DNA of 64,000 nucleotides, from assembly GCF_009914755.1 (NCBI RefSeq), contig NC_060936.1. The stretch is one strand, 5' to 3'. The position numbers and the translations under genes are program-made. This document shows positions 1 through 13,400 of this stretch, one piece after another (position 1 is the stretch's first letter; each line of letters opens with the position of its first letter). A model generated the notes under the pieces. The model worked only from the letters and a program-made list of their open reading frames with translations, was not told the origin of the DNA and searched no databases. The stretch comes from the human T2T-CHM13v2.0 reference genome, Homo sapiens.

Positions 1-20
1 TCTAGCGTTCTATGAAGAAA

Positions 21-37
21 TCCCGTTTCCAACGAAG
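21..37 (-). promoter_or_regulatory. CENP-B box (first of ~189 sites, one per dimer)
   Basis: The + strand TCCCGTTTCCAACGAAG is the reverse complement of CTTCGTTGGAAACGGGA, the canonical 17-bp CENP-B box. It recurs at 361, 700, 1040 and so on, every ~340 bp. Confidence 0.98.
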
Positions 38-186
38 GCCTCAAAGAGGTCCAAATATCTGCTTGCAGACATTACAGACAGAGTGTTTCCAAACTACTCT
101 ATGAAAAGAAAGCTTAAACTCCTTGAGTTGAACGCACACATCACAAAGTAGTTTCTGAGAATGATTCTGTCTAGTTTTTATACGAA

Positions 187-210
187 GATGTTTCCTTTTC
201 TACATTTGGT
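187..210 (-). promoter_or_regulatory. A-type monomer box (pJalpha-like motif) alternating with the CENP-B box
   Basis: The + strand TTTCCTTTTCTAC (minus strand GTAGAAAAGGAAA) lies ~170 bp from each CENP-B box, at the equivalent monomer position. This matches the known A/B monomer alternation. Confidence 0.7.
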
Positions 211-2040
211 CTCAAAGCGATTGAAATCTCCAACTGGAAACTGCACAAATAGGGTGTTTCAAATCTACTCTGTCTAAAGGAAGGTTCAACTCTGTGAGTT
301 GAATACACACACCACAAATAAGTTACTGAGAATTCTTCTGTCGAACATTACAGGAAGAAATCCCGTTTCCAACGAAGGCCTCAAAGAGGTCCAAATATCC
401 ACTTGCAGACATTACAAACAGAGTGTTTCCAAACTGCTCCATCAAAAGAAAGGTTAAACTCTGTGAGCTGAACACACACATCAAAAAGAAGTTTCTGTGA
501 ATGATTCTGTCTAGATTTTATAAGAAGATGTTTCCTTTTCTACCGTAGGCCTCAAAGTGCTTGAAATCTCCAGCTGCAAATTCCACAAAAAGGGTGTTTA
601 ACATCTGCTCTTCTAAAGGAAAGTTCAACTCTATGAGTTGAATACACACAGCACAAAGAAGTTACTGAGACTTCTCCTATCAAACATTATATGAAGAAAT
701 CCCGTTTCCAACGAAGGCCTCAAAGAGGTCCAAATATCTGCTTGCAGACTTTACAGACAGAGTTTTTCCAAACTGCTCCATCAAAAGAAAGGTTAAACTC
801 CTTGAGTTAAACACACACATCACAAAGTAGTTTCTGTGAATGATTCTGTCTAGTTTTTATACGAAGATGTTTCCTTTTCTACCTTTGGTCTCAAAGCGAT
901 TGAAATCTCCACATGGAAACTCCACAAAAAGAGTGTTTCAAATCTGCTCTTTCTGAAGGAAGGTTCAACTCTGTGAGTTGAATACACACACCACAAATAA
1001 GTTACTGAGAATTCTTCTGTGTAACATTATATGAGGAAATCCCGTTTCCAACGAAGGCCTCAAAGAGGTCCAAATATCCACTTGCAGACTTTACAAAGAC
1101 AGTGTCTCCAAACTCCTCCATCAAAAGAAAGGTTATACTCTGTGAATTGAACGCACACATCACAAAGTAGTTTCTGAGAATGATTCTGTCTAGTTTTTAT
1201 ACGAAGATATTTCCTTTTCTACATTTGGCCTAAAAGCGCTTGAAATCTCCACCTGCAAATATCACAAAAAGAGGGTTTCACATCTGCTCTGTCTAAAGGA
1301 CAGTTCACCTCTGTGAGTTGAATAGAGGCAACACAAAGAACTTACTCAGTATTCTTCTTTCTAGCGTTCTATGAAGAAATCCCGTTTCCAACGAAGGCCC
1401 CAAAGAGGTCCAAATATCTGCTTGCAGACTTTACAGACAGAGTATTTCCAAACTGCTCCATCAAAAGAAAGGTTAAACTCCTGGAGTTGAACACACACAT
1501 CACAAAGTAGTTTCTGTGAATGATTCTGTCTAGTTTTTATACGAAGATGTTTCCTTTTCTACCTTTGGTCTCAAAGCGATTGAAATCTCCACATGGAAAC
1601 TCCACAAAAAGAGTGTTTCAAATCTGCTCTTTCTGAAGGAAGGTTCAACTCTGTGAGTTGAATACACACACCACAAATAAGTTACTGAGAATTCTTCTGT
1701 GTAACATTATATGAGGAAATCCCGTTTCCAACGAAGGCCTCAAAGAGGTCGAAATATCCACTTGCAGACTTTACAAAGACAGTGTCTCCAAACTCCTCCA
1801 TCAAAAGAAAGGTTATACTCTGTGAATTGAACGCACACATCACAAAGTAGTTTCTGAGAATGATTCTGTCTAGTTTTTATACGAAGATATTTCCTTTTCT
1901 ACATTTGGCCTAAAAGCGCTTGAAATCTCCACCTGCAAATATCACAAAAAGAGGGTTTCACATCTGCTCTGTCTAAAGGACAGTTCACCTCTGTGAGTTG
2001 AATAGAGGCAACACAAAGAACTTACTCAGTATTCTTCTTT

Positions 2041-3399
2041 CAAGCGTTCTATGAAGAAATCCCGTTTCCAACGAAGACCCCAATGAGGTCCAAATATCTG
2101 CTTGCAGACTTTACAGACAGAGTGTTTCCAAACTACTCTATGAAAAGAAAGCTTAAACTCCTTGTGTTGAACGCACACATCACAAAGTAGTTTCTGAGAA
2201 TGATTCTGTCTAGTTTTTATACGAAGATGTTTCCTTTTCTACATTTGGTCTCAAAGCGATTGAAATCTCCAACTGGAAACTGCACAAATAGGGTGTTTCA
2301 AATCTGCTCTGTCTAAAGGAAGGTTCAACTCTGTGAGTTGAATACACACACCACAAATAAGTTACTGAGAATTCTTCTGTCGAACATTACAGGAAGAAAT
2401 CCCGTTTCCAACGAAGGCCTCAAAGAGGTCCAAATATCCACTTGCAGACATTACAAACAGAGTGTTTCCAAACTGCTCCATCAAAAGAAAGGTTAAACTC
2501 TGTGAGCTGAACACACACATCAAAAAGAAGTTTCTGTGAATGATTCTGTCTAGATTTTATAAGAAGATGTTTCCTTTTCTACCGTAGGCCTCAAAGCGCT
2601 TGAAATCTCCAGCTGCAAATTCCACAAAAAGGGTGTTTAACATCTGCTCTTCTAAAGGAAAGTTCTACTCTATGCGTTGAATAAACACAGCAGAAAGAAG
2701 TTACTGAGACTTCTCCTATCAAACATTATATGAAGAAATCCCGTTTCCAACGAAGGCCTCAAAGAGGTCCAAATATCTGCTTGCAGACTTTACAGACAGA
2801 GTTTTTCCAAACAGCTCCATCAAAAGAAAGGTTAAACTCCTTGAGTTGAACACACACATCACAAAGTAGTTTCTGTGAATGATTCTGTCTAGTTTTTATA
2901 CGAAGATGTTTCCTTTTCTACCTTTGGTCTCAAAGCGATTGAAATCTCCACATGGAAACTCCACAAAAAGAGTGTTTCAAATCTGCTCTTTCTGAAGGAA
3001 GGTTCAACTCTGTGAGTTGAATACACACACCACAAATAAGTTACTGAGAATTCTTCTGTGGAAGATTATATGAGGAAATCCCGTTTCCAACGAAGGCCTC
3101 AAAGAGGTCCAAGTGTCCACTTGCAGACTTTACAAAGACAGTGTCTCCAAACTCCTCCATCACAACAAAGGTTATACTCTGTGAATTGAACGCACACATC
3201 ACAAAGTAGTTTCTGAGAATGATTCTGTCTAGTTTTTATACGAAGATATTTCCTTTTCTACATTTGGCCTAAAAGCGCTTGAAATCTCCAAGTGCAAATA
3301 TCACAAAAAGAGGGTTTCACATCTGCTCTGTCTAAAGGACAGTTCACCTCTGTGAGTTGAATAGAGGCAACACAAAGAACTTACTCAGTATTCTTCTTT
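2041..3399 (-). repeat. Representative canonical 8-mer HOR (dimers A-B-C-D, ~1359 bp); probably human chromosome 12 D12Z3 (S1C12H1L)
   Basis: Dimer markers: A ACTACTCTATGAAAAGAAAGCTT (HindIII); B GAGCTGAAC, CCAGCTGC (PvuII), CTTCTCCTATC; C CCACATGGAAAC, CTGTGTAAC; D AAAGACAGTGTCTCC, GGTTATACTC, AATAGAGGCAAC. The 8-mer structure is directly visible. The chromosome call rests on recall that SF1 8-mers occur on chr10 and chr12 and that the chr12 unit is cut once by HindIII. The confidence value refers to the chromosome call. Confidence 0.75.
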
Positions 3400-4418
3400 C
3401 TAGCGTTCTATGAAGAAATCCCGTTTCCAACGAAGGCCTCAAAGAGGTCCAAATATCTGCTTGCAGACTTTACAGACAGAGTGTTTCCAAACTACTCTAT
3501 GAAAAGAAAGCTTAAACCCCTTGAGTTGAACGCACACATCACAAAGTAGTTTCTGAGAATGATTCTGTCTAGTTTTTATACGAAGATGTTTCCTTTTCTA
3601 CATTTGGTCTCAAAGCGATTGAAATCTCCAACTGGAAACTGCACAAATAGGGTGTTTCAAATCTGCTCTGTCTAAAGGAAGGTTCAACTCTGTGAGTTGA
3701 ATACACACACCACAAATAAGTTACTGAGAATTCTTCTGTCGAACATTACTTGTAGAAATCCCGTTTCCAAAGAAGGCGTCAAAGAGGTCCAAATATCCAC
3801 TTGCAGACATTACAAACAGTTTGTTTCCAAACTGCTCCATCAAAAGAAAGGTTAAACTCTGTGAGCTGAACACACACATCAAAAAGAAGTTTCTGTGAAT
3901 GATTCTGTCTAGATTTTATAAGAAGATGTTTCCTTTTCTACCGTAGGCCTCAAAGCGCTTGAAATCTCCAGCTGCAAATTCCACAAAAAGGGTGTTTAAC
4001 ATCTGCTCTTCTAAAGGAAAGTTCAACTCAATGAGTTGAATACACACAGCACAAAGAAGTTACTGAGACTTCTCCTATCAAACATTATATGAAGAAATCC
4101 CGTTTCCAACGAAGGCCTCAAAGAGGTCCAAATATCTACTTGCAGACTTTACAAAGACAGTGTCTCCAAACTCCTCCATCAAAAGAAAGGTTATACTCTG
4201 TGAATTGAACGCACACATCACAAAGTAGTTTCTGAGAATGATTCTGTCTAGTTTTTATACGAAGATATTTCCTTTTCTACATTTGGCCTAAAATCGCTTG
4301 AAATCTCCACCTGCAAATATCACAAAAAGAGGGTTTCACATCTGCTCTTTCTAAAGGACAGTTCACCTCTGTGAGTTGAATAGAGGCAACACAAAGAACT
4401 TACTCAGTATTCTTCTTT
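3400..4418 (-). repeat. 6-mer HOR variant A-B-D (C dimer missing)
   Basis: The B end (CTCCTATCAAAC, ~4072) is followed directly by D markers (ACAAAGACAGTGTCTCC at 4151, GGTTATACTC). Confidence 0.92.
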
Positions 4419-5777
4419 CTAGCGTTCTATGAAGAAATCCCGTTTCCAACGAAGGCCCCAAAGAGGTCCAAATATCTGCTTGCAGACTTTACAGACAGAG
4501 TGTTTCCAAACTACTCTATGAAAAGAAAGCTTAAACTCCTTGAGTTGAATGCACACATCACAAAGTAGTTTCTGAGAATGATTCTGTCTAGTTTTTATAC
4601 GAAGATGTTTCCTTTTCTACATTTGGTCTCAAAGCGATTGAAATCTCCAACTGGAAACTGCACAAATAGGGTGTTTCAAATCTGCTCTGTCTAAAGGAAG
4701 GTTCAACTCTGTGAGTTGAATACACACACGACAAATAAGTTACTGAGAATTCTTCTGTCGAACATTACTTGAAGAAATCCCGTTTCCAACGAAGGCCTCA
4801 AAGAGGTCCAAATATCCACTTGCAGACATTACAAACAGAGTGTTTCCAAACTGCTCCATCAAAAGAAAGGTTAAACTCTGTGAGCTGAACACACACATCA
4901 AAAATAAGTTTCTGTGAATGATTCTGTCTAGATTTTATAAGAAGATGTTTCCTTTTCTACCGTAGGCCACAAAGCGCTTGAAATCTCCAGCTGCAAATTC
5001 CACAAAAAGGGTGTTTAACATCTGCTCTTCTAAAGGAAAGTTCAACTCTATGCGTTGAATACACACAGCACAAAGAAGTTACTGAGACTTCTCCTATCAA
5101 ACATTATATGAAGAAATCCCGTTTCCAACGAAGGCCTCAAAGAGGTCCAAATATCTGCTTGCAAACTTTACAGACAGAGTTTTTCCAAACTGCTCCATCA
5201 AAAGAAAGGTTAAACTCCTTGAGTTGAACACACACATCACAAAGTAGTTTCTGTGAATGATTCTGTCTAGTTTTTATACGAAGATGTTTCCTTTTCTACC
5301 TTTGGTCTCAAAGCGATTGAAATCTCCACATGGAAACTCCACAAAAAGAGTGTTTCAAATCTGCTCTTTCTGAAGGAAGGTTCAACTCTGTGAGTTGAAT
5401 ACACACACCACAAATAAGTTACTGAGAATTCTTCTGTGTAACATTATATGAGGAAATCCCGTTTCCAACGAAGGCCACAAAGAGGTCCAAATATCCACTT
5501 GCAGACTTTACAAAGACAGTGTCTCCAAACTCCTCCATGAAAAGAAAGGTTATACTCTGTGAATTGAACGCACACATCACAAAGTAGTTTCTGAGAATGA
5601 TTCTGTCTAGTTTTTATAAGAAGATATTTCCTTTTCTACATTTGGCCTAAAAGCGCTTGAAATCTCCACCTGCAAATATCACAAAAAGAGGGTTTCACAT
5701 CTGCTCTGTCTAAAGGACAGTTCACCTCTGTGAGTTGAATAGAGGCAACACAAAGAACTTACTCAGTATTCTTCTTT

Positions 5778-7475
5778 CTAGCGTTCTATGAAGAAATCCC
5801 GTTTCCAACGAAGACCCCAATGAGGTCCAAATATCTGCTTGCAGACTTTACAGACAGAGTGTTTCCAAACTACTCTATGAAAAGAAAGCTTAAACTCCTT
5901 GAGTTGAACGCACACATCACAAAGTAGTTTCTGAGAATGATGCTGTCTAGTTTTTGTACGAAGATGTTTCCTTTTCTACATTTGGTCTCAAAGCGATTGA
6001 AATCTCCAACTGGAAACTGCACAAATAGGGTGTTTCAAATCTGCTCTGTCTAAAGGAAGGTTCAACTCTGTGAGTTGAATACACACACCACAAATAAGTT
6101 ACTGAGAATTCTTCTGTCGAACATTACAGGAAGAAATCCCGTTTCCAACGAAGGCCTCAAAGAGGTCCAAATATCCACTTGCAGACATTACAAACAGAGT
6201 GTTTCCAAACTACTCCATCAAAAGAAAGGTTAAACTCTGTGAGCTGAACACACACATCAAAAAGAAGTTTCTGTGAATGATTCTGTCTAGATTTTATAAG
6301 AAGATGTTTCCTTTTCTAACGTAGGCCTCAAAGCGCTTGTAATCTCCAGCTGCAAATTCCACAAAAAGGGTGTTTAACATCTGCTCTTCTAAAGGAAAGT
6401 TCAACTCTATGAGTTGAATACACACAGCACAAAGAAGTTACTGAGACTTCTCCTATCAAACATTATATGAAGAAATCCCGTTTCCAAAGAAGGCCTCAAA
6501 GAGGTCCAAATATCCACTTGCAGACATTACAAACAGAGTGTTTCCAAACTGCTCCATCAAAAGAAAGGTTAAACTCTGTGAGCTGAACACACACATCAAA
6601 AATAAGTTTCTGTGAATGATTCTGTCTAGATTTTGTAAGAAGATGTTTCCTTTTCTACCGTAGGCCTCAAAGCGCTTGAAATCTCCACCTGCAAATTCCA
6701 CAAAAAGGGTGTTTTACATCTGCTCTTCTAAAGGAAAGTTCAACTCTATGCGTTGAATACACACAGGACAAAGAAGTTACTGAGACTTCTCCTATCAAAC
6801 ATTATATGAAGAAATCCCGTTTCCAACGAAGGCCTCAAAGAGGTCCAAATATCTGCTTGCAGACTTTACAGACAGAGTGTTTCCAAACTGCTCCATCAAA
6901 AGAAAGGTTAAACTCCTTGAGTTGAACACACACATCACAAAGTAGTTTTTGTGAATGATTCTGTCTAGTTTTTATACGAAGATGTTTCCTTTTCTACCTT
7001 TGGTCTCAAAGCGATTGAAATCTCCACATGGAAACTCCACAAAAAGAGTGTTTCAAATCTGCTCTTTCTGAAGGAAGGTTCAACTCTGTGAGTTGAATAC
7101 ACACACCACAAATAAGTTACTGAGAATTCTTCTGTGTAACATTATGTGAGGAAATCCCGTTTCCAACGAAGGCCTCAAAGAGGTCCAAATATCCACTTGC
7201 AGACGTTACAAAGACAGTGTCTACAAACTCCTCCATCAAAAGAAAGGTTATACTCTGTGAATTGAACGCACACATCACAAAGTAGTTTCTGAGAATGATT
7301 CTGTCTAGTTTTTATACGAAGATATTTCCTTTTCTACATTTGGCCTAAAAGCGCTTGAAATCTCCACCTGCAAATATCACAAAAAGAGGGTTTCACATCT
7401 GCTCTGTCTAAAGGACAGTTCACCTCTGTGAGTTGAATAGAGGCAACACAAAGAACTTACTCAGTATTCTTCTTT
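5778..7475 (-). repeat. 10-mer HOR variant A-B-B-C-D
   Basis: B markers (GACATTACAAAC, GAGCTGAAC, CTTCTCCTATC) occur twice in succession, at ~6120-6456 and ~6457-6795. Confidence 0.92.
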
Positions 7476-10400
7476 CTAGCGTTCTATGAAGAAATCCCGT
7501 TTACAACGAAGGCCTCAAAGAGGTCCAAATATCTGCTTGCAGACTTCACAGACAGAGTGTTTCCAAACTACTCTATGAAAAGAAAGCTTAAACTCCTTGA
7601 GTTGAAGGCACACATAACAAAGTAGTTTCTGAGAATGATTCTGTCTAGTTTTTATACGAAGATGTTTCCTTTTCTACATTTGGTCTCATAGCGATTGAAA
7701 TCTCCAACTGGAAACTGCACAAATAGGGTGTTTCAAATCTGCTCTTTCTAAAGGAAGGTTCAACTCTGTGAGTTGAATACACACACCACAAATAAGTTAC
7801 TGAGAATTCTTCTGTCGAACATTACATGAAGAAATCCCGTTTCCAACGAAGGCCTCAAAGAGGTTCAAATATCCACTTGCAGACATTACAAACAGTGTGT
7901 TTCCAAACTGCTCCATCAAAAGAAAGGTTAAACTCTGTGAGCTGAACACACACATCAAAAAGAAGATTCTGTGAATGATTCTGTCTAGATTTTATAAGAA
8001 GATGTTTCCTTTTCTACCGTAGGCCTCAAAGCGTTTGAAATCTCCAGCTGCAAATTCCACAAAAAGGGTGCTTAACATCTGCTCTTCTAAAGGAAAGTTC
8101 AACTCTATGAGTTGAATACACACAGCACAAAGAAGTTACTGAGACTTCTCCTATCAAACATTATATGAAGAAATCCCGTTTCCAACGAAGGCCTCAAAGA
8201 GGTCCAAATATCTGCTTGCAGACTTTACAGACAGAGTTTTTCCAAACTGCTCCATCAAAAGAAAGGTTAAATTCCTTGAGTTGAACACACACATCACAAA
8301 GTAGTTTCTGTGAATGATTCTGTCTAGTTTTTATACGAAGATGTTTCCTTTTCTACCTTTGGTCTCAATGCGATTGAAATCTCCACATGGAAACTCCACA
8401 AAAAGAGTGTTTCAAATCTGCTCTTTCTGAAGGAAGGTTCAACTCTGTGAGTTGAATACACACACCACTAATAAGTTACTGAGAATTCTTCTGTGTAACA
8501 TTATATGAGGAAATCCCGTTTCCAACGAAGGCCTCAAAGAGGTCCAAATATCCACTTGCAGACTTTACAAAGACAGTGTCTCCAAACTCCTCCATCAAAA
8601 GAAAGGTTATACTCTGTGAATTGAACGCACACATCACAAAGTAGTTTCTGAGAATGATTCTGTCTAGTTTTTATACGAAGATATTTCCTTTTCTACATTT
8701 GGCCTAAAAGCGCTTGAAATCTCCACCTGCAAATATCACAAAAAGAGGGTTTCACATCTGCTCTGTCTAAAGGACAGTTCACCTCTGTGAGTTGAATAGA
8801 GGCAACACAAAGAACTTACTCAGTATTCTTCTTTCTAGCGTTCTATGAAGAAATCCCGTTTCCAACGAAGGCCCCAAAGAGGTCCAAATATCTGCTTGCA
8901 GACTTTACAGACAGAGTGTTTCCAAACTACTCTATGAAAAGAAAGCTTAAACTCCTTGAGTTGAACGCACACATCACAAAGTAGTTTCTGAGAATGATTC
9001 TGTCTAGTTTTTATACGAAGATGTTTCCTTTTCTACATTGGGTCTCAAAGCAATTGAAATCTCCAACTGGAAACTGCACAAATAGGGAGTTTCAAATCTG
9101 CTCTGTCTAAAGGGAGGGTCAACTCTGTGAGTTGAATACACACACCACAAATAAGTTACTGAGAATTCTTCTGTCGAACATTACAGGAAGAAATCCCGTT
9201 TCCAACGAAGACCTCAAAGAGGTCCAAATATCCACTTGCAGACATTACAAACAGAGTGTTTCCAAACTGCTCCATCAAAAGAAAGTTTAAACTCTGTGAG
9301 CTGAACACACACATGAAAAAGAAGTTTCTGTGAATGATTCTGTCTGGATTTTATAAGAAGATGTTTCCTTTTCTACCGTAGGCCTCAAAGCGCTGGAAAT
9401 CTCCAGCTGCAAATTCCACAAAAAGGGTGTTTAACATCTGCTCTTCTAAAGGAAAGTTCAACTCTATGCGTTGAATACACACAGCACAAAGAAGTTACTG
9501 AGACTTCTCCTATCAAACATTATATGAAGAAATCCCGTTTCCAACGAAGGCCTCAAAGAGGTCCAAATATCTGCTTGCAGACTTTACAGACAGAGTGTTT
9601 CCAAACTGCTCCATCAAAAGAAAGGTTAAACTCCTTGAGTTGAACACACATCACAAAGTAGTTTCTGTGAATGATTCTGTCTAGTTTTTATACGAAGATG
9701 TTTCCTTTTCTACCTTTGGTCTCAAAGCGATTGAAATCTCCACATGGAAACACCACAAAAAGAGTGTTTCAAATCTGCTCTTTCTGAAGGAAGGTTCAAC
9801 TCTGTGAGTTGAATACACACACCACAAATAAGTTACTGAGAATTCTTCTGTGAAACATTATATGAGGAAATCCCGTTTCCAACGAAGGCCTCAAAGAGGT
9901 CCAAATATCCACTTGCAGACTTTACAAAGACAGTGTCTCCAAACTCCTCCATCAAAAGAAAGGTTATACTCTGTGAATTGAACGCACACATCACAAAGTA
10001 GTTTCTGAGAATGATTCTGTCTAGTTTTTATACGAAGATATTTCCTTTTCTACATTTGGCCTAAAAGCGCTTGAAATCTCCACGTGCAAATATCACAAAA
10101 AGAGGGTTTCACACCTGCTCTGTCTAATGGACTGTTCACCTCTGTGAGTTGAATAGAGGCAACACAAAGAACTTACTCAGTAGTCTTCTTTCTAGCGTTC
10201 TATGAAGAAATCCCGTTTCCAACGAAGGCCTCAAAGAGGTCCAAATATCTGCTTGCAGACTTTACAGACAGAGTGTTTCCAAACTACTCTATGAAAAGAA
10301 AGCTTAAACTCCTTGAGTTGAACGCACACATCACAAAGTAGTTTCTGAGAATGATTCTGTCTAGTTTTTATACGAAGATGTTTCCTTTTCTACATTTGTC

Positions 10401-13400
10401 TCAAAGCGATTGAAATCTCCAACTGGAAACTGCACAAATAGGGTGTTTCAAATCTGCTCTGTCTAAAGGGAGGTTCAACTCTGTGAGTTCAATACACACA
10501 CCACAAATAAGTTACTGAGAATTCTTCTGTCGAACATTACATGAAGAAATCCCGTTTCCAACGAAGGCCTCAAAGAGGTCCAAATATCCACTTGCAGAGA
10601 TTACAAACAGTGTGTTTCCAAACTGCTCCATCAAAAGAAAGGTTAAACTCTGTGAGCTGAACCCACACATCAAAAAGAAGTTTCTGTGAATGATTCTGTC
10701 TAGATTTTATAAGAAGATGTTTCCTTTTCTACCGTAGGCCTCAAAGCGCTTGAAATCTCCAGCTGCAAATTCCACAAAAAGGGTGTTTAACATCTGCTCT
10801 TCTAAAGGAAAGTTCACCTCTATGAGTTGAATACACACAGCACAAAGAAGTTACTGAGACTTCTCCTATCAAACATTATATGAAGAAATCCCGTTTCCAA
10901 CGAAGGCCTCAAAGAGGTCCAAATATCTGCTTGCAGACTTTACAGACAGAGTTTTTCCAAACTGCTCCATCAAAAGAAAGGTTAAACTCCTTGAGTTGAA
11001 CACACACATCACAAAGTAGTTTCTGTGAATGATTCTGTCTAGTTTGTATACGAAGATGTTTCCTTTTCTACCTTTGGTCTCAATGCGATTGAAATCTCCA
11101 CATGGAAACTCCACAAAAAGAGTGTTTCAAATCTGCTCTTTCTGAAGGAAGGTTCAACTCTGTGAGTTGAATACACACACCACAAATAAGTTACTGAGAA
11201 TTCTTCTGTGTAACATTATATGAGGAAATCCCGTTTCCAACGAAGGCCTCAAAGAGGTCCAAATATCCACTTGCAGACTTTACAAAGACAGTGTCTCCAA
11301 ACTCCGCCATCAAAAGAAAGGTTATACTCTGTGAATTGAACGCACACATCACAAAGTAGTTTCTGAGAATGATTCTGTCTAGTTTTTATACGAAGATATT
11401 TCCTTTTCTACATTTGGCCTAAAAGCGCTTGAAATCTCCACCTGCAAATATCACAAAAAGAGGGTTTCACATCTGCTCTGTCTAAAGGACAGTTCACCTC
11501 TGTGAGTTGAATAGAGGCAACACAAAGAACTTACTCAGTATTCTTCTTTCTAGCGTTCTATGAAGAAATCCCGTTTCCAACGAAGGCCCCAAAGAGGTCC
11601 AAATATCTGCTTGCAGACTTTACAGACAGAGTGTTTCCAAAGTACTCTATGAAAAGAAAGCTTAAACTCCTTGAGTTGTACGCACACATCACAAAGTAGT
11701 TTCTGAGAATGATTCTGTCTAGTTTTTATACGAAGATGTTTCCTTTTCTACATTTGGTCTCAAAGCGATTGAAATCTCCAACTGGAAACTGCACAAATAG
11801 GGTGTTTCAAATCTGCTCTGTCTAAAGGAAGGTTCAACTCTGTGAGTTGAATACACACACCACAAATAAGTTACTGAGAATTCTTCTGTCGAACATTACT
11901 TGAAGAAATCCCGTTTCCAACGAAGGCCTCAAAGAGGTCCAAATATCCACTTGCAGACATTACAAACAGAGTGTTTCCAAACTGCTCCATCAAAAGAAAG
12001 GTTAAACTCTGTGAGCTGAACACACACATCAAAAAGAAGTTTCTGTTAATGATTCTGTCTAGATTTTATAAGAAGATGTTTCCTTTTCTACCGTAGGCCT
12101 CAAAGCGCTTGAAATCTCCAGCTGCAAATTCCACAAAAAGGGTGTTTAACATCTGCTCTTCTAAAGGAAAGTTCAACCCTATGCGATGAATACACACAGC
12201 AGAAAGAAGTTACTGAGACTTCTCCTATCAAACATTATATGAAGAAATGCCGTTTCCAACGAAGGCCTCAAAGAGGTCCAAATATCTGCTTGCAGACTTT
12301 ACAGACAGAGTGTTTCCAAACTCCTCCATCAAAAGAAAGGTTAAACTCCTTGAGTTGAACACACACATCACAAAGTAGTTTCTGTGAATGATTCTGTCTA
12401 GTTTTTATACGAAGATGTTTCCTTTTCTACCTTTGGTCTCAAAGCGATTGAAATCTCCACATGGAAACTCCACAAAAAGAGTGTTTCAAATCTGCTCTTT
12501 CTGAAGGAAGGTTCAACTCTGTGAGTTGAATACACACACCACAAATAAGTTACTGAGAATTCTTCTGTGTAACATTACTTGAAGAAATCCCGTTTCCAAC
12601 GAAGGCCTCAAAGAGGTCCAAATATCCACTTGCAGACTTTACAAAGACAGTGTCTCCAAACTCCTCCATCAAAAGAAAGGTTATACTCTGTGAATTGAAC
12701 GCACACATCACAAAGTAGTTTCTGAGAATGATTCTGTCTAGTTTTTATACGAAGATATTTCCTTTTCTACATTTGGCCTGAAAGCGCTTGAAATCTCCAC
12801 GTGCAAATATCACAAAAAGAGGGTTTCACATCTGCTCTGTCTAAAGGACAGTTCACCTCTGTGAGTTGAATAGAGGCAACACAAAGAACTTACTCAGTAT
12901 TGTTCTTTCTAGCGTTCTATGAAGAAATCCCGTTTCCAACGAAGGCCTCAAAGAGGTCCAAATATCTGCTTGCAGACTTTACAGACAGAGTGTTTCCAAA
13001 CTACTCTATGAAAAGAAAGCTTAAACTCCTTGAGTTGAACGCACACATCACAAAGTAGTTTCTGAGAATGATTCTGTCTAGTTTTTATACGAAGATGTTT
13101 CCTTTTCTACATTTGGTCTCAAAGCGATTGAAATCTCCAACTGGAAACTGCACAAATAGGGTGTTTCAAATCTGCTCTGTCTAAAGGAAGGTTCAACTCT
13201 GTGAGTTGAATACACACACCACAAATAAGTTATTGAGAATTCTTCTGTCGAACATTACTTGAAGAAATCCCGTTTCCAACGAAGGCCTCAAAGAGGTCCA
13301 AATATCCACTTGCAGATATTACAAACAGAGTGTTTCCAAACGGCTCCATCAAAAGAAAGGTTAAACTCTGTGAGCTGAACACACACATCAAAAAGAAGTT

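Larger units (their letters stand above)
1..2040 (-). repeat. 12-mer HOR variant A-B-C-D-C-D (left-domain haplotype)
   Basis: After D (~1021-1360) the next dimer has C markers (CTGCTCCATC, CCACATGG) instead of the A HindIII marker, followed by a second D. HindIII sites at ~110 and ~2149 are 2039 bp apart. Confidence 0.93.

Noticed and set aside
6456-6701. 81-aa minus-strand ORF
   Set aside because: It lies wholly in alpha satellite (B dimer). It is open only because private SNVs removed stops present in sibling copies, and it has no recognisable domain.
10869-11114. 81-aa minus-strand ORF resembling the 6456 ORF
   Set aside because: The similarity reflects translation of paralogous satellite dimers in the same frame, not a gene family.
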